Positions 24,939 to 33,354 of a DNA stretch of 36,043 nt are shown in pieces. Under the pieces are notes generated by a model. It made no database searches. It was not told the origin of the DNA and saw only the letters and a program-made list of their open reading frames with translations. The stretch's first letter is position 1. Each line of letters opens with the position of its first letter. Position numbers and translations under genes: made by a program. The stretch comes from a virus (Duplodnaviria; Heunggongvirae; Uroviricota; Caudoviricetes): positions 1 to 36,043 of the IMG/VR virus record IMGVR_UViG_2693429599_000012, one strand, 5' to 3'.

Positions 24939-25358
24939 ATGCTAAAAACTAGGCTTATCACCGATTATATCAATTCTTTAATAGGTCAGGAGTTCGTTCA
25001 AGGCGAGAATGATTGCAATCTCATTGCATGTAAGATCATCGATATTCTCGCTGGTACTGACCTATATAATTCTCTTTATAAAAAATATTCAACTAAAGAA
25101 GAAGGCTTGAAAATCTGCAAAGAATTAAGCGGGTATTCAAATATCCTTCAACCAATTAAGAAACATTTCAAATTAGTCACTGATGACTTACAGGACGGCG
25201 ACTTACTGGTCACAGCCCACAAATTAGGAAACCGCAAATATTATTCCGTAGTTCCTCATTATTCCGGTTATGGCCTCGTTGAAGAAGATGGTATCTGGAT
25301 GACCATTCCTGTTTCAGACATTGACTATGAACAAGTTTATAGATTCGGGGGTGAATAA
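24939..25358 (+). CDS. Tail assembly protein with NlpC/P60-like motif (gpK-like)
   Basis: GGAGG RBS; QGENDCNLIA resembles the NlpC/P60 catalytic Cys motif of lambda K (HGVTDCYTLF), with downstream His-containing HYSGYG. Confidence 0.5.
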   Translation: MLKTRLITDYINSLIGQEFVQGENDCNLIACKIIDILAGTDLYNSLYKKYSTKEEGLKICKELSGYSNILQPIKKHFKLVTDDLQDGDLLVTAHKLGNRKYYSVVPHYSGYGLVEEDGIWMTIPVSDIDYEQVYRFGGE

Positions 25359-28300
25359 TGGGATTTGAAGTATTGGTAGGCGCGGTTATTGCTGGTGCGT
25401 CTGCTGGGATGGCTGCTGCTGCAACATTTTCTGTTATGACCGCAGTCGCTATCGGTATGGCTGCTGGTGCAATGACCTTGATTGCTTCCACTGTAGGCGC
25501 ACCAAAAACACCGAAAGTACAAAGCCCGGATAATGCGGTGACACTAGGAACATCAAACGATCCGAAGACAGTATTACCCGTTCTTTTCGGTACTACCCGA
25601 ACTGGTGCAATCTGCGTTTACAAAGCAATTTCACAGCGTGAAAATAACAAACTGGTACAAATTTTTGCTATTGCCGAAGGTGAGATCGATCACTTTAAAG
25701 CACTGCACATCGATAATAAAAATGTTCTCATTAGTCAGAATATGACAATTCGTGATGGCATTCTCGATAAAGGAAACATTAAAGACGAATATCGCAAAGT
25801 GTTAGAAGTCGAGTTTCGCACGGGTAAAAATCCTAACACTGCATTAGATCTTGCTAAACATCATTTGGGCGCTGATTGGGATGATCGGTATCAGGGTAAC
25901 GGCATTGCGACCATGTGTATTGTTTTACGTCGTGATGACAAATCTTTGGCTGCTGGTGTTGATATTCTCCAGCCTAATAGCCAGGTAGCGGTCGATGTTA
26001 TGGGCTTAAAAATCCGTAACCTTGAAACCAATGCTATTGAGGCAAGCACTAACGGCGTGGACCAGATTTTCCACTACCTAACAAATGAAAAATATGGCTT
26101 ATCCGTACCAATTGAAAACATCAACGTTGATTCATTCCTGAAAGTACGTAAACAAGTACGCCAGATGGACCTACATTCAAACGGTGCATGTGATCCGAAC
26201 GCCAGCTTTAAAGAGAACTTAACTAGCCTTATGCAGACTTTCGGCGGGGTAATGTTCGAATCCTTCGGAAGAATTACTCTGAAACTGGATGCTCCTGATA
26301 TTGTTAAGCATACCTTCAATGAAGACAATATCATGATGGGAAAAGTATCACTGAAAACAGGTGGCACTAACGGTTATTTCAATACCATTAACGCGATGTA
26401 TCAAGAACCATCAATCGACTATTCAGAGCAAATGCTACGTTATCCGGCTGATGCTGAAAACGATGCTACTATTCGTCAAGATGGTCGAATTATCGCTAAA
26501 GATATTGAATATCGTTTTGTTAAGTCTAAAGCCCAGATTGATAAACTTGCGAGTATTGAACGAAATAAATCTCGTATCACTCAGGTTATCAGCTTTATGA
26601 CTACTGACGCATTCACTGCCGAAGTTTGGGACGTTATCAGCGTAACCTATGATGAATTAAAACTGAATAATTCACTTTGGCGTATTACTGCAATTGATCG
26701 CTCGATTGATTCTGGTATTGCTGGGATGATGACTATCACCGCCACAGAATATAATTCTCAGGTTTATACTGACCTGAACTATGCGGCGACTCCAGACAAT
26801 AGACCTACTGGTTTACCGGATTCAATGACAGTACAGAAACCGACTAATTTCAGAATTAAGGCAACTGGTGAGACAATCCACGGTAAAAACGTAACTTTGA
26901 CATGGGATGCACCGGAAGATTTTAACCGCTACGGTTTCCAGATTGATTATCGTGTGAGTGGATCACCTAACTGGATTAAGCTGGGACAGACTTCACAGCA
27001 AATTTTCAATATCAATGCACTGGCAAAAGATCGCTCCTACGATTACCGCGTTTGTGCTTTCGGTATTATTGCTCGTTCCGAATGGGTGGAACTGGTTAAC
27101 CAGAATCCAGAAGTTACCTATGAACTGCCTACGCCAGTGATCCGCATCAAAAATCAGGGGAGCACACCAGGAACTTTTGAAGGCAATGATCTGATTATCG
27201 AATGGGAAAATCAGCAAGCCTTAGATGTGGTTATCAACGGTGAAGCTAACAAGTTTAGTGACCTGTTTGAAGCATACATTATCAAGGTAACTAACAAGGC
27301 TGGTAAGTCTATTCAGTACCGTACCCGCGACCCTGAATCATGGATTTATACGCTTGATATGAACCAGTTTAACGGCCTTTCCCGTGAATTGACGGTAGAA
27401 GTATCCGTTAAGGGCTATAACAACTCAGAGAGCGCCCCAGCGCGTTTAGTGGCTATTAACCCACAACATAAGCCAATGAAAGGTTTTAGTGCGCGTGGTG
27501 GCTTTAATACTGCGTTTGTTAGCTGGGCGGATGACGTAGAACATGACTATGCAGGGTCAATCATCCAGTATGCAACCGATAATACTTTCTCCGATGCAAG
27601 GGCAGTGACTACCAATAGCGTTAGTCATACTTCCTTTGATTTGGCTGACGGTGATTATTATATCCGTGGTGCTCACTATGATATTTTCGGTATGGATGAT
27701 GCTGTTTGGTCTGAACCGTATTTCATGCAAATGAAATCTACCATTAGCTGGGACGATCAGGACAAAGAAGCACTGGAAGACCTGATTGGTTTACAAGACC
27801 GCTTAGATGAAACTATCGCGGATGCTATTGCTCAAGCTGGCGCTAATGCCGATGCTAAAATTGATGCAATGCATAAGCAAATCACTACCGAAACAGGGCA
27901 GACGGTCCAAGCCTCAGCCAATACCTTAAAGAGTCTGATTGCTACCAGCGAGCAAGCTAGCTCCACTAAGATTGATCAGGTTAAAGCTGAACTGAAAGGC
28001 GATATCACCAAAGAAGTTAGCGCATCCGCTACTACCCTGAAACAAGCAATTGCTACCAGTGAGGCAGCAAGCGCAAGTAAGATTGATCAAGTTCGGGTAG
28101 AAATGGATGGCAAGATTGCTGGTGTGAATCAGGAAGCAGATGTAAAAATCGATGCTTTGAAGGGAACCATTAACAGCAAATATAATCTGGCAGTTAATGC
28201 AGATGGTCGCGTGGCTGGTATTCATATGAGCGCAACCAATGATCCGGCAGAACCGACGAGAATCATCTTTACGGCTGATAAAATCGCGGTAGCTCCACAA

Positions 28301-29134
28301 GACGGATCCGAAGTTTGTCCGTTTGGCATCGAAGATAACAAGGTTTATCTCGATAATGCAATGATTCGTAATGCTGCAATTGGCACAGCCCAGATTAGTG
28401 ATGCGGCTATTACCACGGCTAAGATCGGCACAGCCCAGATTAACGGTGCTCACATCCAGCACGCACAGATCGGAACAGGTCATATTATTGATGGCTCTAT
28501 CGATAATGCTAAAATTGGTAACTATATCCAGTCTTATAACTGGAATGGTAACGATGGATGGTATATCGGGAAGGATGGCACTTGTCATTTTAGACACGCT
28601 AACATTCGTGGTCATTTGGTGGCTGATTCCGGCGAAATGAACAACGTAACGATTAATTCAAGTTGCCGCATTTTGGGTATGCTTGATGCTAATCAGGTGC
28701 GTGGTGACTTCGTGAAAGCTATTGGTCGTCGATTCCCACATTGGGACGAAAACCCATCATTGGGCTATCCCGGTTATCCGCAAGGTACAATCACTGTTCG
28801 AATTGAAGATGATCACCCGTTTGATCGTCAGATTATCGTTCCGGCTATTAGCTTTGGTGGTCTTAATGCGCGTGAAGGCTCGAATAACAATACTTACTAT
28901 GATAACTGTCGCTTGATTGTTCGCAAGAACGGTGCTGAATTATATAACCGTGCATATGGTAGACAGACTGGATTGTATAGTGCTGTTATTGATATGCCAG
29001 CCGGACACGGACCAGTTACGCTAACTTTTGAAGTAAGTTCAAGCGCAATCAACAACTGGACTCCCAGCACATGGATCAGCGATCTTTCTGTAATTGTTAC
29101 TAAGAAAGCCGCTACGGGTATTTCTGTTTCTTAA
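25358..29134 (+). CDS. Tail tip host-specificity protein (lambda J-like), N-terminally fused to a gpI-like segment
   Basis: 1258 aa. C-terminus (DDHPFDRQIIVP...DMPAGHG...KKAATGISVS) parallels the lambda J C-terminus (DDHPFDRQIVV...DMPAGRG...KKQALGISVV). N-terminal 90 aa (Gly/Ala-rich hydrophobic, then APKTPKVQ...VLPVLFG) resemble the C-terminal part of lambda gpI. Confidence 0.85.
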   Translation: MGFEVLVGAVIAGASAGMAAAATFSVMTAVAIGMAAGAMTLIASTVGAPKTPKVQSPDNAVTLGTSNDPKTVLPVLFGTTRTGAICVYKAISQRENNKLVQIFAIAEGEIDHFKALHIDNKNVLISQNMTIRDGILDKGNIKDEYRKVLEVEFRTGKNPNTALDLAKHHLGADWDDRYQGNGIATMCIVLRRDDKSLAAGVDILQPNSQVAVDVMGLKIRNLETNAIEASTNGVDQIFHYLTNEKYGLSVPIENINVDSFLKVRKQVRQMDLHSNGACDPNASFKENLTSLMQTFGGVMFESFGRITLKLDAPDIVKHTFNEDNIMMGKVSLKTGGTNGYFNTINAMYQEPSIDYSEQMLRYPADAENDATIRQDGRIIAKDIEYRFVKSKAQIDKLASIERNKSRITQVISFMTTDAFTAEVWDVISVTYDELKLNNSLWRITAIDRSIDSGIAGMMTITATEYNSQVYTDLNYAATPDNRPTGLPDSMTVQKPTNFRIKATGETIHGKNVTLTWDAPEDFNRYGFQIDYRVSGSPNWIKLGQTSQQIFNINALAKDRSYDYRVCAFGIIARSEWVELVNQNPEVTYELPTPVIRIKNQGSTPGTFEGNDLIIEWENQQALDVVINGEANKFSDLFEAYIIKVTNKAGKSIQYRTRDPESWIYTLDMNQFNGLSRELTVEVSVKGYNNSESAPARLVAINPQHKPMKGFSARGGFNTAFVSWADDVEHDYAGSIIQYATDNTFSDARAVTTNSVSHTSFDLADGDYYIRGAHYDIFGMDDAVWSEPYFMQMKSTISWDDQDKEALEDLIGLQDRLDETIADAIAQAGANADAKIDAMHKQITTETGQTVQASANTLKSLIATSEQASSTKIDQVKAELKGDITKEVSASATTLKQAIATSEAASASKIDQVRVEMDGKIAGVNQEADVKIDALKGTINSKYNLAVNADGRVAGIHMSATNDPAEPTRIIFTADKIAVAPQDGSEVCPFGIEDNKVYLDNAMIRNAAIGTAQISDAAITTAKIGTAQINGAHIQHAQIGTGHIIDGSIDNAKIGNYIQSYNWNGNDGWYIGKDGTCHFRHANIRGHLVADSGEMNNVTINSSCRILGMLDANQVRGDFVKAIGRRFPHWDENPSLGYPGYPQGTITVRIEDDHPFDRQIIVPAISFGGLNAREGSNNNTYYDNCRLIVRKNGAELYNRAYGRQTGLYSAVIDMPAGHGPVTLTFEVSSSAINNWTPSTWISDLSVIVTKKAATGISVS

Positions 29135-29152
29135 AATTTAATTTTTATAATT

Positions 29153-29194
29153 AATCCCGCTTAATTCTTTGTGGTTAGGCGGGATTATTTTTAT
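29153..29194 (+). terminator. Putative terminator after the J-like gene
   Basis: AATCCCGC-18 nt loop-GCGGGATT followed by ATTTTTAT. Confidence 0.45.
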
Positions 29195-29239
29195 CTAAAT
29201 AATTCTGCCATTAAACTATATAAAAATATCGGGGGCGTA

Positions 29240-29518
29240 ATGACTGAAATTATATATGGCGGTATCGGTGTTATCGCCTTAATTTGTGGTGGGCTTTGGA
29301 GACTCCACCGAAATCAATTAGCAACTGAAAATAGATTGTCGAAATTGGAATCCAGCGACGCATTGTTAAACCAGAAGTTTGAGACGATGCAGAATAACCA
29401 TACTCAGATTGCTGAACGTGTTTACCAAATGGAACAAACACTACACGGTATAGAGAAGAAAGTGGTTGCGATGGACGCCAAATTTGACCAAGTTCTCGAC
29501 ATACTCAAACAAAAATAA
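29240..29518 (+). CDS. Single-pass membrane protein with coiled-coil C-terminus (93 aa); holin or i-spanin-like candidate
   Basis: ATG at 29240 (ORF track begins at GTG 29171); N-terminal hydrophobic segment IIYGGIGVIALICGGLW followed by a heptad-rich region. Confidence 0.4.
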   Translation: MTEIIYGGIGVIALICGGLWRLHRNQLATENRLSKLESSDALLNQKFETMQNNHTQIAERVYQMEQTLHGIEKKVVAMDAKFDQVLDILKQK

Positions 29519-29536
29519 TAATAAAGGGGTGAATAT

Positions 29537-29707
29537 ATGAAGAATAAACTTAAGAAATATTTTGGTTATCTCTTGATTGTCGCCCTCACTTATAACGTAG
29601 CTATTAGACCTCTGCTAACGTCCTTTGGGCTTGAACTCCCGGCTATGACCGTGGATGAACAATTGCTAAGGACACTGGCGGGGGTCTTTTCGTTATTAGG
29701 GGGCTAA
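29537..29707 (+). CDS. Small hydrophobic protein (56 aa), holin-like candidate
   Basis: AAGGGGTGA RBS; hydrophobic YFGYLLIVALTYNVAI and LAGVFSLLGG; stop 1 nt before the next start. Below the 60-aa ORF track cutoff. Confidence 0.35.
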   Translation: MKNKLKKYFGYLLIVALTYNVAIRPLLTSFGLELPAMTVDEQLLRTLAGVFSLLGG

Positions 29708-29708
29708 C

Positions 29709-30392
29709 ATGGCAACCAGTACCAATAAACGAAACGCTCTAAGGACTAAGAAAGCGTTACGGCAATGGTCTGAAAAGGCAACCGATACATTCGAAAGGGC
29801 ACTAGGGGAAGGGGCGATCTTTGCTTCTCGTGCACTCCAGAAGAAGATTAACAAGAATGTTGATAGACCTACTCGATGGACTCAGCAAGCTGTAGGTAAT
29901 ACCAACTACAAGAACCGATCAGGGACGAGACACCAAATCTTCATCAAGGGCGCAAGGGATAAGGACAAGAAGATCGGCAGTCAGGATGACTATCTGAAAC
30001 ACTATTTCGATGGGGGAAAAATCAATAAGCTAGTTCCAATCGCCAACGGTAAGGTCTTAGACGCCCACGGGAACATTAAGGCCATCAAAGGCGGTAAGAT
30101 GATGCGTAACCTCGAAAACGGCAACTTCATCAAGGTAGAGAACAAGGAAGGGACTTTTATCATGAAGAAGTACAAGCCTAAGAAATCCCGAACCAAACGC
30201 GCTAGGAATGGATCGGCGGTGGCAAAACGTCGCTTAGAGAAACGCATACAGAAACAGAGCAAGCGAATTGTTGCCGTTAAATCGGATAAAATTTCTACTC
30301 GTTATTCGACGCTAGGATCGTGGGAAAGCAACGAAGCAATGATGCTTGAAAACATCAATAAGCACATTAAATCGCGCATGAAATACGTTTAA
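29709..30392 (+). CDS. Hypothetical highly basic protein (227 aa)
   Basis: Lys/Arg-rich throughout (KKYKPKKSRTKRARNGSAVAKRRLEKRIQKQSKR); no family recognised. Confidence 0.5.
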   Translation: MATSTNKRNALRTKKALRQWSEKATDTFERALGEGAIFASRALQKKINKNVDRPTRWTQQAVGNTNYKNRSGTRHQIFIKGARDKDKKIGSQDDYLKHYFDGGKINKLVPIANGKVLDAHGNIKAIKGGKMMRNLENGNFIKVENKEGTFIMKKYKPKKSRTKRARNGSAVAKRRLEKRIQKQSKRIVAVKSDKISTRYSTLGSWESNEAMMLENINKHIKSRMKYV

Positions 30393-30430
30393 TCCATAAA
30401 TACCCTCATAGAAACTTATGGGGGTATAAC

Positions 30431-30778
30431 ATGGCTAAAAATATTTTCACTGAATTTCCTACTTATCCGGTCGATCAGCTTTCCGGTATTTTTATTAATG
30501 GCATTAGCCCAGAATCAATGACACATGATTTTGAGGCGAAGAGAGTTAAACATAAACAATATAAAGAATGTATCCGCGATCATGAAAAAGGGACCGTGTT
30601 TTGTGTCGCTACATTGGCTAAACGTCCTAAGTATCGTTTTCGTGTAGGACAAGAAGTCGATGTAGTTAATCCTTATAGCTTTAACTGTCTGGGTGATGCA
30701 CGCGCGGTGTGTGTAGGCACTGCTCCTTATTATATCAAGGGTATGCGCTTTATTGGTTATATCTTCGAAATGATCTAA
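30431..30778 (+). CDS. Hypothetical protein (115 aa)
   Basis: GGGGGT RBS; no recognisable motif. Confidence 0.5.
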   Translation: MAKNIFTEFPTYPVDQLSGIFINGISPESMTHDFEAKRVKHKQYKECIRDHEKGTVFCVATLAKRPKYRFRVGQEVDVVNPYSFNCLGDARAVCVGTAPYYIKGMRFIGYIFEMI

Positions 30779-30787
30779 GGGGGTAAT

Positions 30788-31141
30788 ATGTTAAGTAAGC
30801 ATTTTTCTCGCAAGGAATTTAAATGTAAATGCGGAAAATGTGATTATGATACAATCGACGCTGAATTACTGGTGATTCTTGAGGATGTACGCGAACACTT
30901 CGGGAAACCAGTAATTATTAACAGTGGGAACCGTTGTCCGACTCATAACAAGAATGTAGGCGGTGCAACCAACAGCTATCACGTTCGAGGTCGTGCGGCT
31001 GACATTGTGGTCAAGGGTGTCTCCCCTGATATTGTCCATGCTTATCTTGATGGGAAATATCCTACTCAATACGGCTTAGGAAAATATAAAACCTTTACGC
31101 ATATTGATTCCAGATCGAAAAAATCACGATGGAATGGATAA
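30788..31141 (+). CDS. Peptidase M15-family peptidoglycan hydrolase (putative endolysin)
   Basis: Motif FSRKEF.C.CG.C......SGNRCPTHNKNVGGATNSYHVRGRAADI matches the zinc D-Ala-D-Ala carboxypeptidase-like (M15_3-type) signature. Confidence 0.65.
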   Translation: MLSKHFSRKEFKCKCGKCDYDTIDAELLVILEDVREHFGKPVIINSGNRCPTHNKNVGGATNSYHVRGRAADIVVKGVSPDIVHAYLDGKYPTQYGLGKYKTFTHIDSRSKKSRWNG

Positions 31142-31148
31142 AATTAAA

Positions 31149-31172
31149 GCGCCTCTAGTGGGCGCTTTTTTG
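31149..31172. terminator. Bidirectional terminator between convergent genes
   Basis: AAA-GCGCC-tctagtg-GGCGC-TTTTTTG. Confidence 0.55.
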
Positions 31173-31754
31173 TTAGAATATGCTGGCGACGTTAGCTATA
31201 TTTCTGACCATTTTTTCATTATAAACAAACGTTTCTGTAGCACCTTCTTTAATATCAAAATCACCTTTTACTAGGTTTTTCTTGATAAACAATTCTGCCG
31301 CGTATGCGTCTTTTTCGTCTTGAAATTCGAAAGTCTCGATGATATCAAATTTCATCTTATTCTGGCATCTTAGCTTATGTTTTCTCGTCAACACATTGTG
31401 ACTTACTCCAACCTTACCCACATCACCACACCGCATAACATATAATACTGGTTGCCCATTTTTATATTTGTTGTCATATTTGCTACGATTACACGGGCAC
31501 ACAGTAGGATTATGTAAGAATTGTTTTGCTGTTATATCTCTGATTCTTGCGCAGCTTTCACACTCTAGCACAATACGGCTATTGATTGATTTATACTCAC
31601 CTTTGAATCCGTGATAAATCAAGGGTAAACCCTCGTTTTCAATACGGGTCACGATCCTTGCTTCCATATCAATTGGATGTGATGGCGCTTTGCCATTTTT
31701 GGTGCGGATAAAATTGAACGGGATATCACATGCTTTGCGCACATCATTCATCAT
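31173..31754 (-). CDS. GIY-YIG / T5orf172-like domain protein with Cys-rich N-terminus (homing-endonuclease-like)
   Basis: GTGAGG RBS then ATGATG start at complement 31752-31754. Cys cluster CESCARIRDITAKQFLHNPTVCPC; C-terminal YVMRCGDVGKVGVS...GATETF resembles GIY-YIG motifs. Paralog of the 32283-33281 product. Confidence 0.5.
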   Translation of the reverse strand: MMNDVRKACDIPFNFIRTKNGKAPSHPIDMEARIVTRIENEGLPLIYHGFKGEYKSINSRIVLECESCARIRDITAKQFLHNPTVCPCNRSKYDNKYKNGQPVLYVMRCGDVGKVGVSHNVLTRKHKLRCQNKMKFDIIETFEFQDEKDAYAAELFIKKNLVKGDFDIKEGATETFVYNEKMVRNIANVASIF

Positions 31755-31794
31755 AAAAAACCTCACTTAATTTATCTTATAGGCATTACCTTTA

Positions 31795-32247
31795 ATGTTG
31801 ATGATCGAGTTCGTAGAAACCGAATTAACTAAACTGGCTTCCGAAATGGAAGAAGAAACTCCGGCAGAAGGAACCAGTATTAACGATCTTATTCTGGCAG
31901 CAGACACCGCAGATGATAAAGTGGTATTCGACGAAGTTGATCCGTCTCTGGTTGAAGCAATGAAAGAACCTGAGATCGTCATTGAAGAAACAAAAGAAGA
32001 ATCTCCAGCAGTTGAACCAGTGGTCGAAGAAGTTAAGTCAGATGTTGAAGAAGCACCGGAAGTTAAAGTGGAATCTCCGGTAGCCAACATTTTCTCTGAC
32101 GAAGCAGAGCATCGTTCCCCAGCACATGACACTGATTCATTTTGCGATCTTACTGGCTTCCGTCCGACCATTTGTTTGATCGGTGGCGGTCGTGGTTACT
32201 ACTCCTGCCCGTGGTCTTCAACCATTACAACAAATTTTTCTCAATAA
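31795..32247 (+). CDS. Hypothetical acidic protein (150 aa)
   Basis: Glu/Asp/Pro/Val-rich (EETKEESPAVEPVVEEVKSDVEEAPEVKVE); start codon choice uncertain. Confidence 0.4.
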   Translation: MLMIEFVETELTKLASEMEEETPAEGTSINDLILAADTADDKVVFDEVDPSLVEAMKEPEIVIEETKEESPAVEPVVEEVKSDVEEAPEVKVESPVANIFSDEAEHRSPAHDTDSFCDLTGFRPTICLIGGGRGYYSCPWSSTITTNFSQ

Positions 32248-32282
32248 ATAGTAGTGAACTTATTATTTTCGAGGACACTACT

Positions 32283-33281
32283 ATGAATACTACTTTAGCA
32301 AAGGATATCGAATTTACCGCAAAAAGCAAACGTGCGACCCCTCCGGTCGAATATGAAACCAGAATCATTAAAGTTTGTCAAGCGTATGGATGGTTATACA
32401 GTGGTTTTGTGCTTCCTGTAAAGAAACCATTCCAGAACACCAAAGTTTGCATAGAAGTTAACGGAAAGGTTAAAACGCCATGTATTAGTCATGTTCTAAC
32501 TGGTCAGTTTACTGGCAAAGATAGAGTATCACCGCCTAAGAAGAAGTTTAGATTTACCGAAGAAGAACACTTAGAAAACGCTCGCAAGTTCTACAAGCCG
32601 ATAGGGTGGGATGTGTTAGGTCTGGCTGAACCTTATCAGGGTGTTGACACTAAACTAATTCTTCGTTGTAAGTGCCACGGAAAGATTCACAAGAAAGGTG
32701 ATTTACACAATAACCGCAGACAAGGCGGGTTAACATGCCCTTTGGTTAGGGGTGTACTTAAATCAATTCAGAATGGTAGAAAACAGGTTATCAGAAACAA
32801 GTTTGCACAGCGCCCTATGCACTTTTATCTAATTCGTGTTGGCGAGAAGTTTTTCAAATATGGAATTACCACTCGCAAAGATCCGATGCAACGGGTAAGA
32901 GAACACCAGAAGCACACCAGCGAGAAAATCACCTTTGAATGCTCACATTTGTTTAACATTGGATGGAAAGCTGGTGATTTAGAAATGGGGATTAAAAAGA
33001 ATATTCAGGGCAAGAAAATCCCACGTAAGGTAATGAATAGCGGATTCACAGAAACGCTACCGATTAGCAAGCTGAAAGATGTTAAATCATTCATCAATGA
33101 ATACATCCACACCAACCCATCTAAGCCAATGTATTTTGATGATACCAACGCAATCAATCTGAACAACTACATTAGTGATGAAGACATAGAACGAGATTTA
33201 TCGCAGTGGATGAATGCACCGTTAGCTGATTTAACACCGGAAAACTTAGAACTCGATTTAAGCCCTTTAGAGGCTCTCTAA
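32283..33281 (+). CDS. GIY-YIG / T5orf172-like domain protein (homing-endonuclease-like), paralog of the 31173-31754 product
   Basis: GAGGA RBS before the ATG at 32283 (ORF track extends upstream to 32142). FYLIRVGEKFFKYGIT...GFTETL aligns with YVMRCGDVGKVGVS...GATETF; Cys/His cluster RCKCHGKIHKKGDLHNNRRQGGLTCP. Confidence 0.5.
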   Translation: MNTTLAKDIEFTAKSKRATPPVEYETRIIKVCQAYGWLYSGFVLPVKKPFQNTKVCIEVNGKVKTPCISHVLTGQFTGKDRVSPPKKKFRFTEEEHLENARKFYKPIGWDVLGLAEPYQGVDTKLILRCKCHGKIHKKGDLHNNRRQGGLTCPLVRGVLKSIQNGRKQVIRNKFAQRPMHFYLIRVGEKFFKYGITTRKDPMQRVREHQKHTSEKITFECSHLFNIGWKAGDLEMGIKKNIQGKKIPRKVMNSGFTETLPISKLKDVKSFINEYIHTNPSKPMYFDDTNAINLNNYISDEDIERDLSQWMNAPLADLTPENLELDLSPLEAL

Positions 33282-33296
33282 CGCAATTAAATTCAA

Positions 33297-33326
33297 AAGG
33301 GGTACGAATGTACCCCTTAACTGTTT
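33297..33326. terminator. Putative bidirectional terminator
   Basis: AAGGGGTAC-gaat-GTACCCCTT followed by AACTGTTTTAG. Confidence 0.5.
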
Positions 33327-33354
33327 TAGCTCGTTATACGTCGATTTAGGCCGC

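Noticed and set aside
27926-28615. 229-aa minus-strand ORF inside the J-like gene
   Set aside because: Antisense to a gene with clear lambda-J-like C-terminal similarity; likely a consequence of the repetitive region.
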